Shown here piece after piece: positions 17,630-29,020 of a stretch of DNA of 57,724 nt (position 1 is the stretch's first letter; every line of letters begins with the position of its first letter). The notes beneath the pieces were generated by a model. The model ran no database searches, was not told where the DNA came from, and worked only from the letters and a program-made list of their open reading frames with translations. The position numbers and the translations under genes were made by a program. The stretch comes from Planctomycetota bacterium. Lineage in GTDB: Bacteria; Planctomycetota; MHYJ01; JACQXL01. The stretch is taken from assembly GCA_040753835.1 (NCBI GenBank), contig JBFMDM010000002.1, positions 1 to 57,724 on the forward strand. The letters are read 5' to 3'.

Positions 17630-17922
17630 TTTTTGTTGCTTTTGCGTATAAAAGACGTTATTATAAAAGGCGGCGCGGCATAATAACCGGTCTGTTTTGC
17701 CGGTATTTATAAAACGCTATTAGAAAGATGAAATTTATCAACCGGTTATAACCCGTGTTTTACCGGTTATCTACAATCTGCTTGGGCGTGTTTATTGCCC
17801 ATCTCTTTGGTAATCTATGGGTTATATTTAGGTTTATTGGATATCTACAAACAGGCGTGTACATAATAATAAGAAGAAGAAAAATATATTAGTTTACTAT
17901 AAAATATTAGGAGGAGTGTATA
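17630..17922. other. putative oriC segment (dnaA-dnaN spacer with DnaA-box-like sites and AT-rich unwinding region)
   Basis: TTATCTACA at 17767-17775 (8/9 to TTATCCACA), ATATCTACA at 17841-17849 and TTATCAACC at 17735-17743. CCGGT(T)AT repeats three times. An AT-rich run at 17865-17905 lies just before dnaN. Confidence 0.5.
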
Positions 17923-19035
17923 ATGAAGGTTATATGCAATAAAGACCAGTTATTAAAGGCGTTTCAAGTTGTCAGCCCGGTTGTTCCTGCCAAGAGTTCA
18001 ATGCCGGTGTTGCAGAATGTCAAATTAAGCGCAGATGACAAAGCGCTTTTTATTTCCGCCACTGATTTGGAGGTGGGTATCCAATATCCGCTCTCGGCTG
18101 AAATAAAGGAAAAGGGAACGATAATTATCCCCAGCGGCCGGCTGGGCGGCATTTTGCGCGAGACAACAGACGAGCAGATAACCATAGAGGGCGTTGGCGG
18201 AGCGGCCAATATCAAGACCAAAACCAGTAAGTATAAAATAATGTGTATGGATTCAGCGGAATACCCGGATTTTCCGGCATTTAATGAAAAGAAAGCCATA
18301 AGCATAAGCGCTTCGGGATTGAAAGAAATGGTTTGCAAGACCACCTTCGCGGTCTCGCAGGAAATAACCCGTTATGCCCTGACCGGACTTTTGATGGAAA
18401 TACGCAAGAAAGAACTCCGGATGGTGGCAAGCGACGGCAAGCGGCTGGCCTATATTAAACGGCGTTCCGAACAAGAGGTTGCATCAGATATCAAGGTGAT
18501 AGTTTCTCCCAAGGCGTTGAACCTTCTGGAGCGGATAATAGAAGACGAGGAGCAGGTAATAAAAATAGAAACGGACGAGACGCAATTCAAGGCAATGATT
18601 CCCCAGAAAGACCAGAAAGGCATTATCCTGTTCTCCCGCCTGATAGAAGGGGCCTTCCCGGATTACGAAAGCGTTATTCCGCCGGACAGCGACAAGAAGA
18701 TAGAAATGCCAGCCGGGGAATTGCTGTCGGCAATGAAACGGGTTTCACTGGTAACCACGGACAAATTCAAGGCCACCCAGATATCCATGGAAAAAGACAA
18801 AATGACGCTCCTGACCAGGACCCAGGATGTTGGCGAGGCAACTGTAGAACTGCCCATAAAATATTCCAGCGAGGCGTTCAGGATAACCTTTAACCCGGAA
18901 TTCTTTATAGATATGCTCCGGATTGTCGGAGACGAGAACATAACCCTGGGGCTAAAGGACAAGACGTCCCCGGCCGTAATAAAGCAGGGCAAGGATTATG
19001 TTTATATCGTAATGCCCCTGACAATCGAGATGTAA
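17923..19035 (+). CDS. dnaN: DNA polymerase III beta sliding clamp
   Basis: 370 aa, typical length, positioned after dnaA. N-terminus MKVICNKDQLLKAFQVVSPVVP and C-terminal ...YIVMPL are sliding-clamp-like. Confidence 0.9.
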   Translation: MKVICNKDQLLKAFQVVSPVVPAKSSMPVLQNVKLSADDKALFISATDLEVGIQYPLSAEIKEKGTIIIPSGRLGGILRETTDEQITIEGVGGAANIKTKTSKYKIMCMDSAEYPDFPAFNEKKAISISASGLKEMVCKTTFAVSQEITRYALTGLLMEIRKKELRMVASDGKRLAYIKRRSEQEVASDIKVIVSPKALNLLERIIEDEEQVIKIETDETQFKAMIPQKDQKGIILFSRLIEGAFPDYESVIPPDSDKKIEMPAGELLSAMKRVSLVTTDKFKATQISMEKDKMTLLTRTQDVGEATVELPIKYSSEAFRITFNPEFFIDMLRIVGDENITLGLKDKTSPAVIKQGKDYVYIVMPLTIEM

Positions 19036-19045
19036 TGCTTGTTAT

Positions 19046-19972
19046 ATGGCAGACGAAATCTCAGCCCGTACGAGCAAGGCGGCTATCTGGAGTTTAATCT
19101 GCGGAATATTGTCGTTCCTGTGCCTGCCCGCGCTTCCGGCCATTATTCTTGGCATTGTTGCCCTGGTGGCCATCAGCAACAGCAACGGGAAACTAAAAGG
19201 GACCGGCTTGGCTATTGCCGGGATGATTGCGGCGGTTGTTATCCCGGTAGTTATGATACCCGTTTTGGCTATTATCGCGGCTATTGTTATTCCCAATGTT
19301 GTTCGCCCGCAGGCTGAACCGGCGCCGTTCTTTAACGACAGTTGTTGGACCGAGCCCCGGGATAGCGGCCCATCAAGCGAACTCCGCAGAGACCGCGTCA
19401 GCGAACAAATACCTGCCAACGAAGCCGCGGCTATCGCGTCCTTGCGGGTGCTGACCGTTTCCGAGTCAGTTTGGTATCAGCAGGACCCGGACGGCAACGG
19501 AATAAAGGACTACTGGACTTATGATGTCTCGTGCCTTCACCGGATGTTTCGGGCCGACAAAACAACCAAGGTCGCGTTTATTTCCCTGGACCTGGCCCGG
19601 GCGGACAGCAGTCCTGCCGAAACAGGCGATTTCGGAGAGAGGCCGCTTATAGAGGATTGGCTTACGGTGGCATTGGCGCCCAAAAACGGTTATTATTTCC
19701 AGGCAATGGAACTGGATGAAAACGGCGAGCCGTATAATCAGGTTGAGGCGGGCGAAACCGGCATAAAAGCGACCAACAAGATTAAATTCGGATTTGTGGC
19801 CTATCCGGCCGAGTATGGCAAGGCCGGCCGCAGGACTTTTATCGTAAACGAGCAGGGCACGGTATACGCCATAGACGTTAATCCGGATATTTACGGAATT
19901 GCCCTGCAGTGGCCGGCGGGCGACGACCCCAACGACCCGTATCAAAAGAGCAAGTGGTCGGCGGCGGAATAA
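19046..19972 (+). CDS. membrane protein with DUF4190-like N-terminus and DUF2950-like C-terminal domain
   Basis: 308 aa. N-terminal helices (AAIWSLICGILSFLCLPALPAIILGIVALVAISNSNGKLKGTGLAIAGMIAA). The C-terminus FGFVAYPAEYGKAGRRTFIVNEQGTVYAIDV recalls the AYPA.YG..G..TF.V...G.VY motif of DUF2950 (from memory). Confidence 0.6.
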   Translation: MADEISARTSKAAIWSLICGILSFLCLPALPAIILGIVALVAISNSNGKLKGTGLAIAGMIAAVVIPVVMIPVLAIIAAIVIPNVVRPQAEPAPFFNDSCWTEPRDSGPSSELRRDRVSEQIPANEAAAIASLRVLTVSESVWYQQDPDGNGIKDYWTYDVSCLHRMFRADKTTKVAFISLDLARADSSPAETGDFGERPLIEDWLTVALAPKNGYYFQAMELDENGEPYNQVEAGETGIKATNKIKFGFVAYPAEYGKAGRRTFIVNEQGTVYAIDVNPDIYGIALQWPAGDDPNDPYQKSKWSAAE

Positions 19973-20003
19973 CAAGTCCGCAGGCAGTCCCGCTAAGAGG
20001 GAA

Positions 20004-22969
<2,966 letters not shown>

Positions 22970-23028
22970 GCCATTCTCCCCTGCCGGAAGCAGGGGATAA
23001 ACTGCGCCCGAAAGGCGGAGGATGATAA

Positions 23029-23538
23029 ATGCAACAGACCGCGCACAAGAAACACCTGGCAAGCGCCACCTTGTCTCTTAACGTCGCTGTGATTATCACC
23101 TCTGATACCCGCAACGAGAAGACCGACAAGACCGGCAATGTTATTGCCGGCATCCTGCAGAACGCCGGGCATAAGTGTGTCCTGCGGAAGATAGTAAAGA
23201 ACAATCTTGCGCTCATCCGCGCCGAGGTAAAAAAGGCGCTGAAGGCCGCGGATATCGTTATTACCAGCGGCGGCACCGGCATCGGCAAGAAGGACGTCAC
23301 CCTGGATGCGGTCAGCGCCCTGATAGCCCGGAAACTGGAGGGGTTCGGCGAACTCTTCCGGCTCCTGAGTTTCGGCGAAATCGGCTCCACGGCCATAATG
23401 AGCCGCGCCCTGCTGGGCGTTACCAGGGACGGCAAAATCATCTGCACCCTGCCCGGCTCGCCCAATGCGGTTGCCCTGGCCCTTAATAAGTTATTGCTTC
23501 CCGAACTGGCCCATATCTGCTGGGAATTGAATAGATAG
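23029..23538 (+). CDS. moaB: MoaB/Mog-family molybdenum cofactor biosynthesis protein
   Basis: 169 aa. Motifs: VAVIITSDTR, ITSGGTGIGKKDVT, LPGSPNAV. Confidence 0.75.
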   Translation: MQQTAHKKHLASATLSLNVAVIITSDTRNEKTDKTGNVIAGILQNAGHKCVLRKIVKNNLALIRAEVKKALKAADIVITSGGTGIGKKDVTLDAVSALIARKLEGFGELFRLLSFGEIGSTAIMSRALLGVTRDGKIICTLPGSPNAVALALNKLLLPELAHICWELNR

Positions 23539-23549
23539 CGAGGGGTTGC

Positions 23550-24659
23550 GTGAATAAAGAAACCGTAGAGATGCTCAAACGTCTAACCGACGCCAACGGC
23601 GTGCCTGGTTACGAATCAGAAGTGGCGGAGGTAATCCGGAGGGAGTTGACCGGCCTTGTTTCATTCTCCTACGACAAACTGGGTAGCATCGTCTGCGAGA
23701 AAAAGGGCTCAAGCCCTTCGCCCAAAATAATGCTCCCCGGCCACATGGACGAGGTCGGCTTTATGGTCACCCGCATTACCGAAGACGGATTCATCAAGTT
23801 CACGATGTTAGGCGGCTGGTTACCGCAGTATATGCTGGCGCAGAGAGTGGTCGTCAAAACCAGCAAGGGCGACATCCCGGGCATCATCGGCGCCAAGCCC
23901 ATCCACATTATGACCGAAGAGGAGCGCAAGAAGGTGCCGGACAAGAAAGACCTATTTATTGACATCGGCGCCAGGGACGAAAAGGATGCGGCCAGAATCG
24001 GCGTCCGGCCCGGCGACCCGATTATCCCGGTCGCGCCTTTTACCCAAATGGCCAATCCTGATTATCTCCTGGCCAAGGCCTGGGACGACCGGCTTGGCTG
24101 CGCCCTGTTCATTGACGTAATCAAGAACCTCTCCGCCAAAGGCGGATCAGCCTCCGGTGGAAAGGGCAGAAAACATCCCAATACGGTCTACGGCGTGGGC
24201 ACGGTCCAGGAAGAGGTGGGCACGCGCGGCGCGCACACCTCGGTGCGCAAAATTAATCCGGACGTGGCCCTGGTCTGCGAGGTCGGCATTGCCCAGGACG
24301 TGCCGGGCGGCGAGAAGAATGCCGGCGTATTGGGCAAGGGGCCGCAGATTACCATCTACGACCGCGGGATGATACCCAATCTGGCCCTGCGCGACTTCAT
24401 TATGGACACGGCCGAAAAACACAAGATACCATACCAGATACAATCAATGGAAGGCGGGATGACAGACGGCGGCCCGATTCACCTCAGCGCCGAGGGCGTG
24501 CCCTGTATTTATTTAGGCGTCCCGACCCGGTATATCCACTGCCATTCGGGCATCATCCACAAGCAGGACTATGACAATACCGTGCGCTTGATTACCGAGG
24601 TGGTCTTAAAACTGGACGCCAAGACCGTGAATGGCTTTACCCCGCGCATAAAAGATTAG
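23550..24659 (+). CDS. M42-family aminopeptidase (FrvX/YpdE-like)
   Basis: 369 aa, GTG start. Motifs: LPGHMDEVGFMV, AWDDRLGC, TVQEEVGTRGA, HCHSG. Contains an in-frame copy of the GC-rich double hairpin. Confidence 0.8.
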   Translation: MNKETVEMLKRLTDANGVPGYESEVAEVIRRELTGLVSFSYDKLGSIVCEKKGSSPSPKIMLPGHMDEVGFMVTRITEDGFIKFTMLGGWLPQYMLAQRVVVKTSKGDIPGIIGAKPIHIMTEEERKKVPDKKDLFIDIGARDEKDAARIGVRPGDPIIPVAPFTQMANPDYLLAKAWDDRLGCALFIDVIKNLSAKGGSASGGKGRKHPNTVYGVGTVQEEVGTRGAHTSVRKINPDVALVCEVGIAQDVPGGEKNAGVLGKGPQITIYDRGMIPNLALRDFIMDTAEKHKIPYQIQSMEGGMTDGGPIHLSAEGVPCIYLGVPTRYIHCHSGIIHKQDYDNTVRLITEVVLKLDAKTVNGFTPRIKD

Positions 24660-24820
24660 GTTATACCGGGACTCCGTCAATGGTTATCCGTTTAACTGTT
24701 TACCCGCCGCAGGAGGGCCTTTGGCATAGCCCCTGGAAGGCGTCCCCGGATTACGCGGCATTGCCAAGACGTTTGTTGACTGGGCCAAGAAGGAAAAACT
24801 GAGTTCCTTGAGGTAAAAAT

Positions 24821-25660
24821 ATGAAAAATGAGTTAACGCCAGTGACCAAAATAGCCGTCTTCCGCGGCGCGGAAATCCGTAAGACCACCCACAAAAACGA
24901 ATGGTGGTTTGTCGTGGAGGATGTGGTCTTTGCCCTGACGGACTCAGTCAACCCTAAGGACTATATCAATAAGATGCGTGTAAGAGACGAAGAATTAAAC
25001 AAAGGGTATGGATAAATTGTCCATACCCTTCCGGTTAAGACAATGGGCGGAGTTCAGCGGATGAACTGCGCCAATACCGAAGGGATATTCCGTATCATCC
25101 AGTCCATCCCCTCGCCCAAGGCCGAGCCCTTCAAGCGCTGGCTGGCCCGGGTCGGTTACGAACGGGTCAAAGAAATAGAAGACCCGGAACTGGCCACCAA
25201 ACGGACGAGGGCATTATATAAGGCCAAGGGCTATTCGGACGACTGGATAGAAAAACGAATGCGCGGGATTGCCATCAGGGAAGAACTGACCGACCAGTGG
25301 AAAAAGCACGGGGTTGAGGAAGACCGGGAATACGAGATTCTGACCGCGGAAATCTCCAAGGACACTTTCGGTCTTACCCCCAGCCAGTACAAGAAACTAA
25401 AGAACCTCAAACGTGAGAATCTGCGCGACCATATGAACGACCTGGAACTCATCTTCTCTATGTTAGATGAGGCCTCCACCAGCCAAATCACCAAGGTGGA
25501 GCATCCCAAGGACTTTAGCGAAAATAAGGCCGTCTCCCGCCGGGGCGGCAATGTGGCCGGTATCGCCCGTAAGAAACTGGAGCAGGAAACCGGTCGCAAG
25601 GTGGTCAACAAGCAAAACTATTTAGCCCAGCCGCAGAATAAATACTTAAAGAATAAATAA
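24821..25660 (+). pseudogene. BRO-N / prophage-antirepressor-like gene interrupted by one in-frame TAA
   Basis: Track ORFs 24821-25015 and 25043-25660 are in the same frame (25043-24821 = 222). Read through the TAA at 25013-25015, the product is continuous: ...EELNKGYG*IVHTLPVKTMGGVQRMNCANTEGIFRIIQSIPSPKAEPFKRWLARVGYERV.... The N-terminal FRGAEIR...EWWFVVEDV is BRO-N-like. Confidence 0.7.
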
Positions 25661-25711
25661 AGACAGACCAGCAGGCGGGTCGGGCTACCCTGATTCATAA
25701 TCTTCAATCCC

Positions 25712-25757
25712 GCATCTCATATCTCGTATCTGTATCTCGAATCCCATATCTCGCATT
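25712..25757. repeat. heptanucleotide tandem array (NNATCTC x about 6.5)
   Basis: gcatctc atatctc gtatct gtatctc gaatccc atatctc gcat. Intergenic. Confidence 0.8.
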
Positions 25758-26043
25758 TTTCTGGCAAAGGCAAAGGGGATTTGGTAGGATACAGATAAAT
25801 AATTCGGCCCTGTGCCAAAGGCGCTGGTCGCGCGCACCGCCAGGCGCACAGCGGGTACATGCTGTCCCCCGAATTACGAGTGATATATATATTTATTAGC
25901 GGATGAATTGAATATGGCGTCCCCCGAACTTTCCAAGGGTATCCTGGACAAAACCAAATCCGTAACCACAGATAAACGCAGATAAACACTGATTTCCCAA
26001 GCACTTATAACCCTTAACTGTGCACTTTTGACTTAAATTTTGG

Positions 26044-26101
26044 TCCCGCAGTTCTGCGGGATCTAAAAGCCAGTAACGACCAAAGGTCTAACTGGCTCTA
26101 A
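26044..26101. repeat. TAAC-hairpin element, copy A
   Basis: TCCCGCAG-ttc-CTGCGGGA followed by AAGCCAG-TAAC-GACC-aaa-GGTC-TAA-CTGGCTCT. Confidence 0.8.
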
Positions 26102-26103
26102 GA

Positions 26104-26418
26104 GGGGATAGGGTGGGGTCTATGGGGGGTGGGGGTGGGGTCTGGTATGCCTGACCGACCAAACGGGTGGTGGTTTAAGGCAAATCTGATGGACATAACC
26201 GCCCAGACCAGTAGACCTGTCTGATAGGACTGGCGGGCCTCTCCGACCAGATGGACAGGGGATGGCGACCTTACCGGAAGGGGCTGGCGCCGAGACCGGG
26301 GGACTTACCCGACCACACGGGTGGGTCTGTCCGACCATACGAGTGGGAGCTTACGCCGAGATTAGGAGGGATGACCGACCATATCGGTAGGTGGTGCGGC
26401 CGATACCCGGAGGAATTT
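26104..26418 (+). repeat. G-rich degenerate array of about 22-bp iteron-like repeats
   Basis: Eight contiguous units start at 26243, 26265, 26288, 26308, 26331, 26354, 26375 and 26397 (consensus CCGACCAnAnnGGnnGGG + 4-6 nt). Outliers sit at 26155 and 26199. GGGTGGGGTCT occurs twice (26111, 26133) within long G-runs. The 20-24-bp period is not a multiple of 3. Confidence 0.75.
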
Positions 26419-26475
26419 GCTATTATACAAGCAAATAGTCCCGACACAAAATTTTGCAGATTTTTAGTATTTTTC

Positions 26476-26504
26476 TTGACAATATCATCACATTTATATA
26501 GCAT
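26476..26504 (+). promoter_or_regulatory. candidate promoter for the 26549 gene
   Basis: TTGACA (26476-26481), 17-nt spacer, TAGCAT (26499-26504). Preceded by a T-rich UP-like tract and located 45 nt upstream of the ATG in a very AT-rich stretch. Confidence 0.4.
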
Positions 26505-26548
26505 AATATTAACAGATATAACTAAATAGATATATTAAGGAGTAAAAG

Positions 26549-27067
26549 ATGCAAGAACAAAAGGAATACCTTACGTCAGAAGAAGTTATGAGTTTGCTAA
26601 ATATTGCTCGTCCAACACTCTATTTGTGGGTAAAATTAGGTAAGCTGACTCCAATAAAAATGGAAGGTAAATTGCTTAGATTTAGTAGGCTTGAAATTGA
26701 GCGACTTCTACCACCGAATAAAACAGGTGTTTATGCTTGGGTTTCCACAAGTAACGATAAGGCAAAAGCGATTGCTGAAATACAAAACCATTTAAATGGC
26801 CAACCAGAATATAAGTTCATTTATTTAGATGAATCACGACCCGACCGTTTTAAGGCACGTATATTAATAAAAGATACCAAATCGGGGAAGTGGATAGATC
26901 CTGGTACGGCCCCGGGAGGAATGACACTAAGGGGGGTAACCGACTTACACAAAAAAGGTGGATATATTTTTCTGGGAACACAGGAGCCATGGCAAATAGA
27001 AAGCATCAGAATAGAAAATGACGGGTGCTCAAATTATATAGCTATTTGGGTCGATAAAGTGAAATAA
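26549..27067 (+). CDS. excisionase/MerR-type HTH DNA-binding protein with an uncharacterised C-terminal domain
   Basis: 172 aa. N-terminal YLTSEEVMSLLNIARPTLYLWVKLGKLTPIKMEGKLLRFSRLEIERLL is the Xis-family helix-turn-helix pattern. The remaining 110 aa are unassigned. Confidence 0.6.
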   Translation: MQEQKEYLTSEEVMSLLNIARPTLYLWVKLGKLTPIKMEGKLLRFSRLEIERLLPPNKTGVYAWVSTSNDKAKAIAEIQNHLNGQPEYKFIYLDESRPDRFKARILIKDTKSGKWIDPGTAPGGMTLRGVTDLHKKGGYIFLGTQEPWQIESIRIENDGCSNYIAIWVDKVK

Positions 27068-27077
27068 TTCTCTGGTT

Positions 27078-28745
27078 ATGAAACAATATCAACAATATAT
27101 TAACTACGGACAAAAGGCGGAAAAAAGGGGAGACGATAAATTAGCGATAAAAGAGTATACCAAAGCTATTAAATTAGACCCCTATAACAGAGTCGCATAT
27201 ATTTATCGAGCACTTCTTTATTCCGCTGGTGATAAACTCAAGAAAGCCGAAGATGATTATACTAAATTAATAGATTTAGAATCTGATAAAGTAAATGCGT
27301 ACGCACAAAGAGCAAATTTTTATCATACATGGATGCGGGATTATAAAAAGGCAGAAATAGATTATACCAGGGCAATAAAAATTACTCCGGGTTCAAGCGC
27401 ACCCTATGTAGAACGAGGGTATTTCTATCTTTCTATCAAGAAGTATGATTTAGCATTAGAGGATTTTGTAACATTTTTTACCAGTACAGATATAAAAGTC
27501 GCTGGTATTTATTATTGTCGTGATTGGTTAGGATTTGACATCTGGATGCCTCCCTATGAGGAAAAGGCAGTATGGCTTAAAAAACTGCTGAAACGCCTTT
27601 CTGGTAAAAGAATAGACAGCCAGAAATTCGTTACATTTTTTTATTATATAACTAAAGCATTAGCATCGTATGAAAGGGAAAATTGGACTGAATCATTAAA
27701 GTTATTGCGTCAGGCAAAACAAGTAGGACAATATTTTAAGGAATTAAAAAGTCTTATTTCCATGTTGAGTGATTTGTCGGAAATTATTTTATTAGATAAG
27801 CGCTTAAAAGAAGCATTGTTTTTGCCGCCTTCGTCCCAGATATTAATAAAACAAATCTCCCCACTTTATAGCAGGTTTAAAAATATTGCAAGGAGAATGT
27901 CCACGCTAAAAAATACTGATGCTGTGGTTCTAATATGGGGATTTGATTTGAATAATTTGATTAACGTTAAGCGAAATATTTGTGCTGTGATTTTGGGGAA
28001 ACTAAATAAACTATGTGAAAAAGAACTATTTTCCTTATTATCGCATGGATCTGCTACATTCAATTTTTCTCGACAACGAGAATGTCTGCTTGAATATATT
28101 TTAGATGAAAGCGAAAAAGAGTGCCGGATGTGGAATTTAAGCAAAGCGTTAGATGGTATTAAGGCGGTAAGACGATTCATTAAATCTTCAGATTTAAGTA
28201 CGCTTAAAAATGTAATGGGGTTAGATGGCGTTCTTACCCTGCAAGCAATTTCTCAAATAAGCGATAAAATTTCTGAAAGAGTAATTAAAAATCTCAAAAA
28301 GGGAAATTTGTGTAGCCAGACAATTGAACAGCCCCAGAAAATATTACTGCCTAAAAATAAAGATTTTCCTGTGCCTCCTGGTACCCAGTGGTCGGATTTA
28401 TTCTTGGCAGAAATAAACGGCGAAATGATAAGAGCCAGGATAGACAATGTCGTCCGACGCTATAATTTTATAGAGTTCGGTTGTAAAGACGGACGCACCT
28501 CTAAACTTACACCTGATAAACAATGGCGAACATTGATTGACTTAATAAAACATAATGGCGAAATATCATACAAAACTCCATTAGGTAAACCGCCTACAAA
28601 AATGACCATTTCCAGAGTTGCTAAGATACTCAAAACTATCTTCCCTATTTCAGGCAGTCCATTTTACCCCTATAAGGACTTCAAATCCTATAAAGCGAAA
28701 TTTAATATAGAAGATATTTCGGTAGTTAACCCCGACCTTACATAG
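27078..28745 (+). CDS. TPR-repeat protein, C-terminal two-thirds unknown
   Basis: 555 aa, AT-rich codons. The N-terminal 130 aa carry 3-4 TPR-like units (AIKEYTKAIKLDPYNRVAYIYRALLY..., AEIDYTRAIKITPGSSAPYVERGYFY...). Confidence 0.6.
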   Translation: MKQYQQYINYGQKAEKRGDDKLAIKEYTKAIKLDPYNRVAYIYRALLYSAGDKLKKAEDDYTKLIDLESDKVNAYAQRANFYHTWMRDYKKAEIDYTRAIKITPGSSAPYVERGYFYLSIKKYDLALEDFVTFFTSTDIKVAGIYYCRDWLGFDIWMPPYEEKAVWLKKLLKRLSGKRIDSQKFVTFFYYITKALASYERENWTESLKLLRQAKQVGQYFKELKSLISMLSDLSEIILLDKRLKEALFLPPSSQILIKQISPLYSRFKNIARRMSTLKNTDAVVLIWGFDLNNLINVKRNICAVILGKLNKLCEKELFSLLSHGSATFNFSRQRECLLEYILDESEKECRMWNLSKALDGIKAVRRFIKSSDLSTLKNVMGLDGVLTLQAISQISDKISERVIKNLKKGNLCSQTIEQPQKILLPKNKDFPVPPGTQWSDLFLAEINGEMIRARIDNVVRRYNFIEFGCKDGRTSKLTPDKQWRTLIDLIKHNGEISYKTPLGKPPTKMTISRVAKILKTIFPISGSPFYPYKDFKSYKAKFNIEDISVVNPDLT

Positions 28746-28914
28746 TAACAAATCTGGTGCCTAAAATCAGAAATTCTTAAAAATTACCTCTTCTTCTATT
28801 CTGTTCTAACCGTCTGATTCTCAGGCTGTTATAGCATTTCTTCCCGGGAATTTGCGTCTCAAATCAATTATTACTAGTAACTTGTTACAATCTTATTAGT
28901 AGAAGGACGCAAAT

Positions 28915-29009
28915 GAGAGTCAGCCCTTCTAACCCGCTATTCGGCGGGTCTAAAACATTGTAACATCCCGATTTCAATAACACTCATCGGGATTAACTGT
29001 CTCTCAAGA
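28915..29009. repeat. compound TAAC-hairpin element (copy G) forming the leader of the 29021 gene
   Basis: Outer stem GAGAGTCAG / CTGTCTCTC encloses TAAC-CCGC-tattcg-GCGG-gtc-TAA and TAAC-ATCCCGAT-13 nt-ATCGGGAT-TAA. It is followed by AAGAAAGGAtaatctATG. Confidence 0.7.
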
Positions 29010-29020
29010 AAGGATAATCT

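Noticed and set aside
22978-22996. Terminator after gyrB (CCCCTGC-cggaa-GCAGGGG).
   Set aside because: The hairpin is not followed by a T-tract, and the moaB-like gene starts 30 nt later. It is more likely another small GC-rich palindrome than an intrinsic terminator.
25013-25015. Genome-wide reassignment of TAA as a sense codon.
   Set aside because: TAA terminates many well-delimited genes here at the expected protein ends (for example ileS at 10905-10907, YggS at 3984-3986, rpsJ). A standard code with a local nonsense or readthrough event is more parsimonious.
26066-26100. TAAC hairpins as group II intron domain V (34-nt hairpin with AGC near the 5-prime base).
   Set aside because: The hairpin has a symmetric TAAC/TAA internal loop instead of the 2-nt 3-prime bulge, and lacks a GNRA loop. 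No flanking intron domains or reverse transcriptase ORF are present. Many short dispersed copies occur in both orientations.
26120-26529. ORFs 26120-26338 (-) and 26251-26529 (+) across the iteron-like array.
   Set aside because: The underlying repeat period (20-24 bp) is not a multiple of three. There is no RBS, and the products are Gly/Pro/Arg low-complexity. The region is better explained as non-coding repeats.
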